Notes: generated from the sequence alone by a model not told the origin. Numbered from the stretch's first letter, positions 1 to 10,440 are shown. The stretch is DNA of 64,000 bases from Salinispira sp. (GCA_965226555.1 CBDDDG010000021.1:288001-352000); one strand, 5' to 3'. A program made the numbers and translations.

Positions 1-1
1 C

Positions 2-3000
2 CGCTCATATCTCAGGCATATTTTTCTGTCAGTACTTCTCATTGTTGTTCTCAGTCCGGTTCTTGCCCAGCAGTCTTGGGTGAAGGTTGCGAAAGATCCC
101 GAAGATGGCTGGAGGCTCTTTGTCGATGGCGAGCCCATGGCAATTCACGGGGTCGTGTGGGCCTTTACCCCCATTGGAGAGACAACAACCTATGATCTCT
201 GGGGTATGGATGATGAATTTATTCAGCGGATGATAGATACCGATGCCCGCCTTCTTCAGGACATGGGCGCTAACGCCATTCGGGTGTTTTCGGATGTGCC
301 GCCTCGGTGGATTACCTACCTGTATGAGCAGTACGGCATCTATACGGTTGTGAATCCGCTCTTTGCGCGCTACGGTATTTCAGTTGATGGACGCTGGCAT
401 CCCCGTACGAACTACGCCGATCTGCGCGTTCGCGAGATCGTTCTTGAAGAAATTCGCGAAATGGCCGAAACATACCGCGATGTGCCGGGCGTCCTCTTTT
501 ATCTGCTCGGCAACGAGAATAACTATGGTCTCGAATGGGAGAGCGGAACCATAGAAGATTTGCCCGTTGGTCAGCGGCTTGAGGTTCGGGCAGGATACCT
601 GTACAGCCTCTTTGAGGAAGCCATCACTATTATTAACGATATTGATCCGACCAAGCCGGTCGGCATTGTCAATGGCGATATTCAGTATCTGAACATTATT
701 AAGGAACTCATTCCCTCGCTCGACATTCTCGGCGTGAATACCTATAGAGGCGATGCGGCCTATGACCTGTTCTATTCGAGTGTGGCGAAATCCTTAGATG
801 TGCCGCTGGTGTTCACCGAGCTCGGCGCCGATGCCTACAACATTGCTACCGGACGCGAAGATCAGTATAATCAGGCTCTCATCATCAAAAATCAGTGGGA
901 AGAACTCTATGAGCAGTCCTACGGCAAGGGAAAATCGCAGAATACTCTTGGCGCCTTTGTTTTTGAGTGGCTCGATGAATGGTGGAAGCACGGACAGTAC
1001 ACCGAGCTCGACATTCATAATACGCGCGGAACATGGAATAACAGCGCCTACCGTTTCGATGTGGTGCCGGGTGAGAACAATATGAATGAGGAATGGTTCG
1101 GTATTGCTGCCCAGAGCACGCAGAAACGAGACGGAATTAATGTTCGGGTGCCCCGCGCCGCCTACTATCTTCTGAGAGATATCTGGACTCTCGATCAGCT
1201 TGCATCAACTCCCGAAGAAATTGAAGCGCATTTTGCCCGCAGTGTTGTTCCCTACGTGAACAGAGGCGATATCGCAGCCCTTCAGCAGCTCAATGAAGAG
1301 GAGAGTGTGGCAGAAATAAGCGGCGAGGCGGTGTTCGCGGGAACTGCATCGTGGAACGACGTCGACCTTGAGGAGCTTGAAACGGGCGGAGTTGAAACAT
1401 CGGTGGGGCAGTGGCTCAAGCTGGGGCTCGATGTCCGCCCCGCTGAAACGGTTTCTGCGGGGGTAACAATACGGCTGCAGGGCGATGTTCCCGATACGGC
1501 ATTTGAATCGCGGCTCTACTCGCATTACAGCCCCTTCATTCTTAAGAGCACTGCCCTTGATGATCCCAGAAATCCTGAAAATAACCCTCAGCTTGCCAAT
1601 CAGGATTTCTATGCCCTCCCCATCGTGAATTTGTATGATGCCTACCTCCACTGGGAAACCGATCTCTTTGACACTGACCTGTATTATCACAACGGTCATG
1701 CCGACTGGATTGGCGAAGGCGATTTTTTCCATTTTCTCCCCGAAAGTTTCGACTTCATCGGCATGGATTTAGCCGGCTCGAAGGCGCCCTACGGAGTTGA
1801 ATTTACCGGCAGGCAGGCGCTTGACGGGCTGAAAATATACGCGGGACCGGAGATTTTCTGGGGAGCGGAACCGCAGGCGCTCATTAAATATTTCAGCAGG
1901 GGTGAGAATGTCTCATGGTCCCTCATATATAATGAGGCCGAATTGTTTTCGAATAACAGCGATCCGCTGGAGAATGCCTATGACCGCCGCGCCAGCGGCT
2001 GGCTCGGTTTTAATTTTCTGCCATGGATTGATGTGAACATTGGTGTTATGACGGCCAACCTGAGCGACATTGACCGTGTCTATACTCATGTGGGTAAGGA
2101 AGCCGATGGTAGTTTTTCGGCGCTGGAGAATCAGGAGCTCACTTTTGCGGATACTCTCGCCGGAAAAATAGAAATTAGTTCTGAAATTTTTCTGCATACG
2201 CGGCTCTTTGCCCGCTATGTTCTCGCGGGACGGGTGGCAGAAACGAACCCGTACATTCCCCGCGGAGGAAGCCATATAGCCGATGTTGGAACCGGTAACC
2301 GGCATGAGTTTGAAGCGGGGCTGACCTTCATGTACGGCCCGCTCGCCATTACTCCCCGCTTTCTCGCGCGCGTTCCCATTAGCCACCCGCTGAGCGCGGT
2401 GAACCGCGGCGCGCGTCGGGCACTTTCTGCCCCATTTGCAGTCTACGCGAACAGGGAGGCCTATAAGGCCGAAATTACCCTGACCTATGACGATGCCGGT
2501 GAAACATATTTCTTCGAATGGAACAATTCAGACCGTGAAAACGGTTTGTTTGCGGCATCGCTCTCGTTTCTCTATTCCTTTTATGAAGGAGCGACCGATG
2601 CGACAACCTACAGAACCCAGTACGGAGACATTGCCTCCTTTTCCGCCGGACTTCCGGAGGTTGAGGGGCTCTGGAACCTGACCGGCCGCGCTGTTCTGAA
2701 CCCATCGACCTCGCTCCGCCTCATTGGCGAACTTCGCGCGGGGAGTCAGCAGAGCTGGGGAGAGGACGACCGCATTGTTACCTACTTCGGCGCGGAGATA
2801 AGCGCGCGGGTCGCGCAGTGGGCCTTCTCGGGAGGCTTCGATATTGATGCCTGGGGGAAGGAAGATTATTACCGGCAGTTTAATCTGACCTATCCGCTGC
2901 AGTGGAATGTGGATGTATCCCGCGCCTTTGCCATTCCTGAGTTTCTCAACAGCGACAACCGCATAGGCATTCAGTGGAAGGGGCGCTCCTACGATGAGCG

Positions 3001-3079
3001 CGCGCCCGACACCGAGACCAACAACGGTCTCTACGCGTGGAAAATGGAATTGTTTACCTACTTGGCATTTAGCTGGTAG
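2..3079 (+). CDS. Secreted clan-A-type glycoside hydrolase (GH2 TIM-barrel/GH158-like) fused to a long beta-rich C-terminal domain; 5' end lies before the window
   Basis: The frame is open from position 2 (RSYLRHIFLSVLLIVVLSPVLA-QQ, signal-peptide-like). It has LGNEN (acid/base) and FTELG (nucleophile) motifs plus FEWLDEWWK, and ends in YLAFSW. Confidence 0.75.
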   Translation, partial: RSYLRHIFLSVLLIVVLSPVLAQQSWVKVAKDPEDGWRLFVDGEPMAIHGVVWAFTPIGETTTYDLWGMDDEFIQRMIDTDARLLQDMGANAIRVFSDVPPRWITYLYEQYGIYTVVNPLFARYGISVDGRWHPRTNYADLRVREIVLEEIREMAETYRDVPGVLFYLLGNENNYGLEWESGTIEDLPVGQRLEVRAGYLYSLFEEAITIINDIDPTKPVGIVNGDIQYLNIIKELIPSLDILGVNTYRGDAAYDLFYSSVAKSLDVPLVFTELGADAYNIATGREDQYNQALIIKNQWEELYEQSYGKGKSQNTLGAFVFEWLDEWWKHGQYTELDIHNTRGTWNNSAYRFDVVPGENNMNEEWFGIAAQSTQKRDGINVRVPRAAYYLLRDIWTLDQLASTPEEIEAHFARSVVPYVNRGDIAALQQLNEEESVAEISGEAVFAGTASWNDVDLEELETGGVETSVGQWLKLGLDVRPAETVSAGVTIRLQGDVPDTAFESRLYSHYSPFILKSTALDDPRNPENNPQLANQDFYALPIVNLYDAYLHWETDLFDTDLYYHNGHADWIGEGDFFHFLPESFDFIGMDLAGSKAPYGVEFTGRQALDGLKIYAGPEIFWGAEPQALIKYFSRGENVSWSLIYNEAELFSNNSDPLENAYDRRASGWLGFNFLPWIDVNIGVMTANLSDIDRVYTHVGKEADGSFSALENQELTFADTLAGKIEISSEIFLHTRLFARYVLAGRVAETNPYIPRGGSHIADVGTGNRHEFEAGLTFMYGPLAITPRFLARVPISHPLSAVNRGARRALSAPFAVYANREAYKAEITLTYDDAGETYFFEWNNSDRENGLFAASLSFLYSFYEGATDATTYRTQYGDIASFSAGLPEVEGLWNLTGRAVLNPSTSLRLIGELRAGSQQSWGEDDRIVTYFGAEISARVAQWAFSGGFDIDAWGKEDYYRQFNLTYPLQWNVDVSRAFAIPEFLNSDNRIGIQWKGRSYDERAPDTETNNGLYAWKMELFTYLAFSW

Positions 3080-3179
3080 GAATACAGTAATGAAAGTTTT
3101 GCATTAATGAAGTTTTGCATCTGGCAAAATTTTCAGTAGCAAAGCTTCTCGCACAATACTTTCAATATGGAGGTGCATT

Positions 3180-3815
3180 ATGAAAGTTAATTTGTATGCA
3201 AAAAGTTTGGGGCTTGTCCTCATGCTTGTTATTTTTCTGGCAGGCTGTCCGATAGTTGAGCCTGATCCTGATGGTGATGGTGATGGTGATCCAACGCCGA
3301 CATTCAACGGAACCGTCTTCGATGATGGTTTTACGGCTGTTGCGAAGGAAAGTGTCGATTTCTGGAATGGCGATAACGGCTTTACGATTGGCGATGAGTT
3401 CAGCGAGTATAAGGAAGGTAATAGTTCCTTGTTTATCGACTGGACGAATGTGAAAGCCACAGAAGGAGAGGGCGATGGATACGCATGGAACGGCATGGCT
3501 GTTGTTGCCAAGCCTGCCATGGAGCAGGATCTCAGTGCCTATAACGCGCTCACGCTCTGGGCCCGCGCTGCCGGCGACTCCACTGTTAATATTGACAAGT
3601 TTGGTTTTGCAGCAGGTACTGACTACGAATTGTCTCTGAATGGTGTTGCGCTTGACAGCACATGGAAACAACTTATCCTGCGCATACCCGACTCATCCGT
3701 ATTTACCTCGGTTTCTAATCTGTTCTATGCGGTAGATGCTGCTCCGGGCGGGAAAATATTCATTGACGATGTGAAGTTCGAGATACTTTCAATGGAGGCG
3801 CATTATGAAAATTAA
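3180..3815 (+). CDS. Lipoprotein with one carbohydrate-binding-like beta-sandwich; short paralogue of the next gene
   Basis: Lipobox FLAGC and SD GGAGG. The segment MEQDLSAYNALTLWARAAG...IFIDDVKFE matches the next ORF. Confidence 0.7.
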   Translation: MKVNLYAKSLGLVLMLVIFLAGCPIVEPDPDGDGDGDPTPTFNGTVFDDGFTAVAKESVDFWNGDNGFTIGDEFSEYKEGNSSLFIDWTNVKATEGEGDGYAWNGMAVVAKPAMEQDLSAYNALTLWARAAGDSTVNIDKFGFAAGTDYELSLNGVALDSTWKQLILRIPDSSVFTSVSNLFYAVDAAPGGKIFIDDVKFEILSMEAHYEN

Positions 3816-5532
3816 TGTTATATCAAAGAGTTTGGGACTTGTTCTCATGTTCATCTTTATTGTTCTGGTAGGGTGTCCTATGGAAACAGATATGGATATG
3901 GATCCTTCTGTTCCTATTGATCCTCCTGCGCCTATTGATGATCCTACTGCGCCATCTGCGCCGGCCGCTCCAATGCTCACGTTTGGGGACGGTGAGCTTA
4001 CTGCTCTGTGGGACGCTCCGTCCGACAATGGCAACGCCGAGATCACGGGCTATCATCTGCAACATAGCGTAAGCGAAGCTGATAATTGGACCTTGCTCGA
4101 TTCCAATGTCATCGGCACAAGCCACACCATTGATGAGCTGGAAAACGGTGTCAGCTACGATGTGCAGGTGCGAGCCGTGAACAGCGTGGGTAACGGAATG
4201 TGGTCGAAAAGCGCAACCGCAAGTCCTGTTGCCGATTCAGGCTCTTCTGTCCATGCATTCATTGTCTACGATGACAGCTACAACTCTGTCATAGACACTG
4301 AAAATGATTTTCCTTCATGGGGTAGTGGTCTTACGCTTGCCGAGGAAACCAGCACGGTAAAAACTGGCAGCAGTTCACTGTCATTCGAATGGACGGCTCC
4401 TGGGAGTGGCACGGAATTTCCCGTAAAAACAGGTATGGAACAGGATCTCACCATCTATACAGCCCTCACATTCTGGGCGCGAGCGGCCGGAAATGCTGAT
4501 CTTGCGGTCACGAAGATTGGTTTTGAATCTGGCACTGCCTATGAAATATCCCTTTCTCCCCTTACGGTTACCAGCTCGTGGCAAAAATTTGTTCTGCCCA
4601 TACCCGATCCGGCGAAACTCACCGCAGCGAGCAAACTGTTCTTTGCGTCAAGCGATGGCGGCGGTAAAATATATGTTGACGATGTTAAGTTTGAGAAGAT
4701 CAGTGGTCTCAGCCTGACCGAGGCAAACATGGCCATTGGGAGCATTGGCGCTGGAGACACCGGAAAGCCTGAAGTATCAGGACTTGTATTCACGTACAAT
4801 GGGGAGAGAATTTCACAGTTTTCGCCCGGAGGGGTTGCTGCCGTTACTGCGTTTCTCCCCTATGCATCTGCATTTGCTTCCGACAATACGGATGTTGCAA
4901 CCGTAGCCGCTGATGGCACCGTTACCGGTGTTGCCGAGGGTACCGCGACAATTACCGCCAAACTTGGGGACTACGACCTCAGCTCCGCGGTTACCATTAC
5001 CGCAGCTACCGCAGCTCCAGAACCTTTTGCCGGCACCATCTATGATGATGCCCTTCAGGGCGGATTTACGGCTGCTACTGCTTCTGCTAACAACAATAAT
5101 GTAGCCATTGATCCTGCCAGCGCAACAGAAAAGGTTGGAAGCAGTGGAACTTCAGTCGAAATTGACGTTCCCGAGGCCCAAGGATGGGGAGGCGGATTCC
5201 TCGAAAATACTGCCGGAGTTGATGCCTCAGGTTTTACCTCATTCAAATTTGCTTTCAATACGGGAACGCTGACAAGCCCGGGTTTTATTGAATTCAAACT
5301 TGAAGATACTGATGGCGGATCGTATACCCCGAACCTCTTTACGTTGACTGGAACCGCAATTAGCGGTTCAACAGGCTGGGAGGAGTACTCAGTTACCTTA
5401 ACTGATATTTCTGCGGTAAATTTTTCAAAATTTAAGGCAGTCGGATTCTGGCATCCAGAGACCACGGCGGATGGCAGCGATACCATGATTCTTCCCGGTG
5501 AATTTTATATCGATAATATCCGCTTTGAATAA
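3805..5532 (+). CDS. Surface lipoprotein: Fn3 + CBM-like + Ig-like (Big_2) + CBM-like
   Basis: Lipobox VLVGC; Fn3 motif WDAP..NG..ITGY...YDVQVRAVN; Big_2 motif SDNTDVATVAADGTVTGVAEGTATITA; ends FYIDNIRFE. Confidence 0.75.
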   Translation: MKINVISKSLGLVLMFIFIVLVGCPMETDMDMDPSVPIDPPAPIDDPTAPSAPAAPMLTFGDGELTALWDAPSDNGNAEITGYHLQHSVSEADNWTLLDSNVIGTSHTIDELENGVSYDVQVRAVNSVGNGMWSKSATASPVADSGSSVHAFIVYDDSYNSVIDTENDFPSWGSGLTLAEETSTVKTGSSSLSFEWTAPGSGTEFPVKTGMEQDLTIYTALTFWARAAGNADLAVTKIGFESGTAYEISLSPLTVTSSWQKFVLPIPDPAKLTAASKLFFASSDGGGKIYVDDVKFEKISGLSLTEANMAIGSIGAGDTGKPEVSGLVFTYNGERISQFSPGGVAAVTAFLPYASAFASDNTDVATVAADGTVTGVAEGTATITAKLGDYDLSSAVTITAATAAPEPFAGTIYDDALQGGFTAATASANNNNVAIDPASATEKVGSSGTSVEIDVPEAQGWGGGFLENTAGVDASGFTSFKFAFNTGTLTSPGFIEFKLEDTDGGSYTPNLFTLTGTAISGSTGWEEYSVTLTDISAVNFSKFKAVGFWHPETTADGSDTMILPGEFYIDNIRFE

Positions 5533-5546
5533 ATAACGTATGTTCT

Positions 5547-5579
5547 GAGGCGGGCTTTCCGCCCGCCTCGGTTTCTTTT
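5547..5579 (+). terminator. Intrinsic terminator
   Basis: Stem GAGGCGGGC-tttcc-GCCCGCCTC followed by a T-rich tract. Confidence 0.65.
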
Positions 5580-5598
5580 CGAAAAAAGGAGCGCAGCA

Positions 5599-6633
5599 AT
5601 GAAGGTAATAGGCAAACAGGCGGCTGGCGGCGCGCCGGAGGCGCAGAACGCGCAGCAGTCAGTATCATCATCATCATCGGCGTTAGCATCAATATCACCG
5701 CCATCAAAATCCGCAAAAACACGCATACCTCTTCTTCTCAAGAGGGTGAGCCGTCAGAAAGCGCTTCAGGCCATGGCAATTCCCGGGGTGCTGTGGATGA
5801 TTATTTTCAATTACATTCCCATGTATGGAATTATCATTGCTTTCAAGGAATTTCAGACCATTCACAGCATTAACAGCGCGCCGTGGGTGGGGCTTGTGCA
5901 TTTTCAGGAACTATTCAGGGATCCTGAGTTCTTCGGTTCCCTGCGGAACACCCTCGGAATCAGCGTGCTGAAACTGCTCATCGGCTTTCCCATACCCATT
6001 ATTTTTGCCATTCTTCTGAACGAAATTACGCAGGTGGGCTTTAAGCGATGGATGCAGACTATTTCTTATTTACCGCACTTTCTTTCATGGGTTGTGCTTG
6101 GGGGCATGATGAGCACCTGGTTTTCCGAAAATGGGCTGGTCAATGAGCTTCTGACAAACACGGGGATCATAAGCGAGCCGCTCCCTTTTCTCGGGAGTCC
6201 GGACGGCTTCTGGCTCATGGCCGTGCTGTCGGAAACATGGAAGGAAATGGGCTGGGGAGCAATTATCTATCTTGCGGCAATATCGGGCATATCTCCCGCG
6301 CTCTACGATGCCGCGGTCATTGACGGCGCAAACCGCTTTCAGAAAATACGCTACATAACCCTGCCGTCCATTGCGGGAACAATTACCATTCTCCTCATTC
6401 TCGCCATTAGCGGCGCGCTCAATACCAATTTTGACCAAATGTTTGTGCTTAACAATCCTCTGAATGAATCGGCGAGCAATGTTCTGGATCTCTATGTGTA
6501 CAGAACGGGCATTCGGGGGCTTCGTCTCTCCTACGCCACTGCTGTCGGCTTGTTCAAGGCCCTTATCGCTCTGGTGCTTCTTCTTGGGGCGAACGGATTT
6601 TCAAAAAAAATACAGAACAGATCGCTGTTCTAA
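5599..6633 (+). CDS. Carbohydrate ABC transporter permease (LplB-like); true start may be downstream
   Basis: Motifs FNYIPMYG, QTISYLPHFLSWVV and EAA-loop LYDAAVIDGANRFQKI. Confidence 0.9.
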   Translation: MKVIGKQAAGGAPEAQNAQQSVSSSSSALASISPPSKSAKTRIPLLLKRVSRQKALQAMAIPGVLWMIIFNYIPMYGIIIAFKEFQTIHSINSAPWVGLVHFQELFRDPEFFGSLRNTLGISVLKLLIGFPIPIIFAILLNEITQVGFKRWMQTISYLPHFLSWVVLGGMMSTWFSENGLVNELLTNTGIISEPLPFLGSPDGFWLMAVLSETWKEMGWGAIIYLAAISGISPALYDAAVIDGANRFQKIRYITLPSIAGTITILLILAISGALNTNFDQMFVLNNPLNESASNVLDLYVYRTGIRGLRLSYATAVGLFKALIALVLLLGANGFSKKIQNRSLF

Positions 6634-6830
6634 AACAAAGTTTTGCAAAATGCAAAACTTTCTATAAAATAGGAGAATGCTAAGCACAAAGAAAGCATTC
6701 CTGACGGACGCATGGGCGAGCAGGAGGCGCAGCCTCCGACCAGCCCTCGGAAACTTTTGCTCCTGGAAATTGTGCAAGCACAATTTTCCAATGCAAAACT
6801 TTCTAAAACAAAGTTTTTTGCGGAATGCAA
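6628..6830. repeat. Composite copy of the dispersed palindromic repeat family
   Basis: Short hairpin AAAGTTTTGCA..TGCAAAACTTT, linker GAATGCTAAGCAC..AGCATTC, GC-rich module and long hairpin. Flanked by the 17-bp direct repeat TTCTAAAACAAAGTTTT (6628-6644, 6801-6817). Confidence 0.85.
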
Positions 6831-6848
6831 AATAAGGAGGGAGAAAGA

Positions 6849-7727
6849 ATGAAACGCATGCAAAAAATCGATGCATTTCCTGCGGTGAATGTTATTCTCA
6901 TGGTTGTTATCTGTTTTGTTACCCTGTATCCGGTGTGGTACTCGGTGGTGCTGTCTTTTAACGATGGCAACGATGCCCTGCTTGGGGGCATTTACTGGTG
7001 GCCGCGGCAGTTCAGTTTGGAAAGTTATCGGGCAATGTTCTCGAATGCCGACATTCTCAATGCCTTCAGCATATCGCTGTTCCGCACGGTTGTCGGAACC
7101 ATTACGCATTTGTTGTTCACGAGCATGGTGGCATATTCCTTTTTGCAGGCGCGCCTGCTCGGACGGAAGACCTACATGACTCTTGGGCTCATTACCATGT
7201 TTTTCAATGGCGGGCTCATTCCGACCTTCCTGCTCATAAAGAATCTCGGGCTCATCGACAATTTACTGGTCTACATTATTCCCACCATGTTCAATTTTTT
7301 TCATCTCATTATCTTTCAGAGCTTTTTCAGGGAAATTCCCCATAGCATTGAGGAAGCGGCAATGATCGATGGTATGAACGACTTCGGTATATTCATAAGA
7401 ATTATTCTGCCGCTCTCAACGGCAGTTCTCGCGACTATCGCGCTCTTTCATGGGGTCTGGCATTGGAACGATTTTTTTCACGGCGTCATTTATATTAATG
7501 ATGCCGATTTGCAGCCGGTAGCGACATATCTGTACCGGGTCATTGCGCAGAATCAGTCGAGCCAGATGCTCGCAAACATGCCTGCCGGCATTGCCCGCAG
7601 CGCTGTTACATCGCAATCTATAAAACTTGCCACCATGGTCGCGGCGACATTTCCTGTCGTTCTCGTCTATCCCTTTCTGCAAAAATACTTTGTTAAGGGG
7701 CTGTTGGTGGCATCAGTAAAAGGTTAG
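6849..7727 (+). CDS. Carbohydrate ABC transporter permease (LplC-like)
   Basis: SD AGGAGG before ATG 6849; motifs FNGGLIPTF, IEEAAMIDG, PFLQKYFVKG. Confidence 0.9.
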   Translation: MKRMQKIDAFPAVNVILMVVICFVTLYPVWYSVVLSFNDGNDALLGGIYWWPRQFSLESYRAMFSNADILNAFSISLFRTVVGTITHLLFTSMVAYSFLQARLLGRKTYMTLGLITMFFNGGLIPTFLLIKNLGLIDNLLVYIIPTMFNFFHLIIFQSFFREIPHSIEEAAMIDGMNDFGIFIRIILPLSTAVLATIALFHGVWHWNDFFHGVIYINDADLQPVATYLYRVIAQNQSSQMLANMPAGIARSAVTSQSIKLATMVAATFPVVLVYPFLQKYFVKGLLVASVKG

Positions 7728-7736
7728 GAGGTAAAC

Positions 7737-9365
7737 ATGAAAAGGTGTTTATTTTATATAGTAATAGTAATGTCGATGGTGATGTTACTCATGCCGCTCG
7801 CAGCAGGCGGAGGGGGCGAAGGAGGGGAACTTCCCGAGCCTAATGCCGAGCTGCTCGATCCGGATGTTCCGGGATGGACGGTTGATACCAGCCCGGTCAG
7901 TTTCGACTGGTACCTGCATTTTTCCTGGTTTCGCGGGGTGTGGGGTGAAGATCCTGTTTCCCGGTATGTTACCGAAAAAACAGGGGTGAATGTCGATTTC
8001 ATTATTCCCGCGGGTAATGAGGCCGAAAAGCTCAATACCCTCATTGCCTCGGGTAAATTGCCCGATTTTATCACCCTCGGGTGGTGGGAACCGCAGGTGA
8101 AGCAGTTGATCGCCGGCGAACTTGTGTATCCGCTCAATCAGCTCGCGGAATACTACGATCCCTATTTCTTCAATGTTGCCAACCCCGAACGGCTTGGCTG
8201 GTACACGCAGGAAGACGGTAATGTTTATTCCTACCCGAACGCTTCGTACTCGTCCGCAGACTATGAGGAACGGGAGCTGCCATCGAACCAGACCTTTCTT
8301 GTGCGCAAAGATATGTGGGAGGCCATCGGCAGCCCGGATATGCGGACTCCCGAAGGGTTCCTGCGCGCCCTCGAAGCGGCGCAGCGAATGTTTCCCGAAG
8401 TGAGCGGTCAGCCCCTCATTCCCCTCGGGCTCCATGAGTTCACCGATACCGGCAACTACTCGCTTGAGTCATATCTCATGAATTTCCTTGCCATTCCACT
8501 GGAAAAGGACGGGCAGCTCTATGACCGCTATGCCGATCCTGACTACCGACTCTGGCTTGCAACATTGCGCGAGGCCAATGAGCGCGGACTTCTTTCTTCC
8601 GATATTTTTCTGGATCGCCGTCCGCAGGTCGAAGAAAAAATTGCTCAGGGCAGATATTTTGCGCTGATCTATCAGCGCAGCGACATGATCGATTCTCAAG
8701 CCATCCGCCATCAGCAGGATCCCAATTCCATTTACATTGCTGTGGATGGACCGGCAAACAGGGCGCTCGACCCCCCGCGCTTAGCAGGGCAGGGTCTTTC
8801 CGGCTGGACAGTAACATTCATTTCCAAAACAACAGCGAACCCCGACCGCGCCATCCGTTTCATGAGCTATCTCATGAGTGAAGAAGGACAGCGCGATCTG
8901 TATTTGGGCATTGAGGGGCTTACCTGGGAAATGCGCGATGGACGCGAACAGTTCATTCCCGAGGTCGCCGAGCTTCTGAACAATGACCGCGGAGCCTTCG
9001 ACCGTGAATACGGCGCTTCGGTGAAGTACTGGATGCTCATGGATAATCCGCTCTTCGCTCAATGGGAAACCGAACCGGTAACGCCCTACAAGGAGATGTA
9101 CGAATGGACGCTGCCCTACACGGTGAGCTATGCCGTCTACGATAACATTGCCCCCCAACCCTTCGAGGAAGAGGGAATTATCGGCGCCAAGCTCAGCAGC
9201 CTGTTCGGGAAAGCCCTCCCTCAGCTCATTCGCGCCGAAAGCGAATCAGAGTTCAATGCCCTCTGGGATGAACTGCACACCGAACGCAGCGCGCTCGGCC
9301 TCGACAAACTTATCGCCTATCAACAGGAGCAGGTACATGCAAACAGAAAAAAACTTGGGCGCTAG
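7737..9365 (+). CDS. Carbohydrate ABC transporter substrate-binding protein
   Basis: Signal peptide ending in AGGGGE; family-1 SBP motifs (KLNTLIASGKLPD, YLMSEEGQ); operonic with the permeases. Confidence 0.85.
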   Translation: MKRCLFYIVIVMSMVMLLMPLAAGGGGEGGELPEPNAELLDPDVPGWTVDTSPVSFDWYLHFSWFRGVWGEDPVSRYVTEKTGVNVDFIIPAGNEAEKLNTLIASGKLPDFITLGWWEPQVKQLIAGELVYPLNQLAEYYDPYFFNVANPERLGWYTQEDGNVYSYPNASYSSADYEERELPSNQTFLVRKDMWEAIGSPDMRTPEGFLRALEAAQRMFPEVSGQPLIPLGLHEFTDTGNYSLESYLMNFLAIPLEKDGQLYDRYADPDYRLWLATLREANERGLLSSDIFLDRRPQVEEKIAQGRYFALIYQRSDMIDSQAIRHQQDPNSIYIAVDGPANRALDPPRLAGQGLSGWTVTFISKTTANPDRAIRFMSYLMSEEGQRDLYLGIEGLTWEMRDGREQFIPEVAELLNNDRGAFDREYGASVKYWMLMDNPLFAQWETEPVTPYKEMYEWTLPYTVSYAVYDNIAPQPFEEEGIIGAKLSSLFGKALPQLIRAESESEFNALWDELHTERSALGLDKLIAYQQEQVHANRKKLGR

Positions 9366-10299
9366 CTCTCATGCCGGGCACAGCTTACGGCAAAACTTCC
9401 CGCAAAATTCCCTGCAAAACTCCCGGACGCCGCGCGCGTCTGGGCAGGGGCGAACCTCCGTTGTTCCGCTCTGCGGATTCCTTGCCGCCCTGTCGCTGCT
9501 TTTTGCCTCATGCAATCCCGATCCCGGAGAACCAGGAGTGCTTGGAGAACCAAGCGCGCTCCTGTGGAGCGATGAATTCAACGGCAGCAGTGTCGATCCG
9601 TCAAAGTGGACCTTTGAAACAGGAAACGGCTGCCCGAGCCTCTGCGGCTGGGGCAACAATGAATCGCAGTACTATCAGGCGGCGAACGCGACAATTGAAG
9701 ACTTTTCGGACGGTGAACGGGGGCTGGTCATTGAAGCGCGGAAGGAAAGTGTCGGCGGATTTGGCTACACATCTGCCCGCATGAAAACCCAGGGGCTGGC
9801 AAGCTGGACCTACGGACGCTTTGAAGCCCGCATAAAACTTCCCAAGGGGCGGGGCATATGGCCTGCGTTCTGGATGCTTGGCGATAACATTACCGAGGTC
9901 GGCTGGCCTGTCTCCGGCGAAATAGACATTATGGAACTGGTCGGGCACGAACCCAACAAGGTGCACGGAACCTTTCACTACGGCGACCCCGGCCACAAAT
10001 ACGATGGCGGACACTACTCACTCCCCACCGGCGACTTCTCCGATGACTTCCACATATTTACCCTCGAATGGGAGCCCGGCGAACTCCGCTGGTATGTCGA
10101 TGGCACCCTCTACAGCCGACAAGCCGCATGGACCACATCTCTGCCCGAAGGATTCCCCGCCCCCTTCGACCGCAACTTCTTCCTTCTCCTGAACCTTGCT
10201 GTCGGAGGACAGTGGCCGGGCTACCCCGACGGTTCCACGGTATTCCCCCAGCGCATGTATGTGGATTATGTCCGCGTGTATTCTCTGGATGGAGGCTGA
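9337..10299 (+). CDS. GH16 beta-1,3-glucanase (laminarinase-type) lipoprotein; start uncertain
   Basis: WSDEFNG, GWGNNESQYY, WPAFWMLG, catalytic EIDIME and NLAVGGQWPG; lipobox LLFASC. ATG 9337 has AGGAG upstream. Confidence 0.9.
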   Translation: MQTEKNLGASSHAGHSLRQNFPQNSLQNSRTPRASGQGRTSVVPLCGFLAALSLLFASCNPDPGEPGVLGEPSALLWSDEFNGSSVDPSKWTFETGNGCPSLCGWGNNESQYYQAANATIEDFSDGERGLVIEARKESVGGFGYTSARMKTQGLASWTYGRFEARIKLPKGRGIWPAFWMLGDNITEVGWPVSGEIDIMELVGHEPNKVHGTFHYGDPGHKYDGGHYSLPTGDFSDDFHIFTLEWEPGELRWYVDGTLYSRQAAWTTSLPEGFPAPFDRNFFLLLNLAVGGQWPGYPDGSTVFPQRMYVDYVRVYSLDGG

Positions 10300-10372
10300 C
10301 AACTGACCTGAATTTGATCTGATTGTGATCCGATTCGTCCTGAATTTTGGGACGAATCGGATTTATAAAAAT
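10207..10372 (+). repeat. Direct repeat A, copy 1 (GH16 3' end plus a 13-bp-stem hairpin)
   Basis: Near-identical to 11579-11744. Contains ATCCGATTCGTCC-N9-GGACGAATCGGAT (10328-10362). Confidence 0.95.
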
Positions 10373-10440
10373 TTCTCAAAATTCGATTATCTATCAATCA
10401 TCCGTGACATTTCTCCTGTTATATATGTAGAGAGGAAATT

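Noticed and set aside
9130..9336. GH16 start at 9130
   Set aside because: It would overlap the SBP gene by 236 bp; ATG 9337 has an SD and lies closer to the lipobox.
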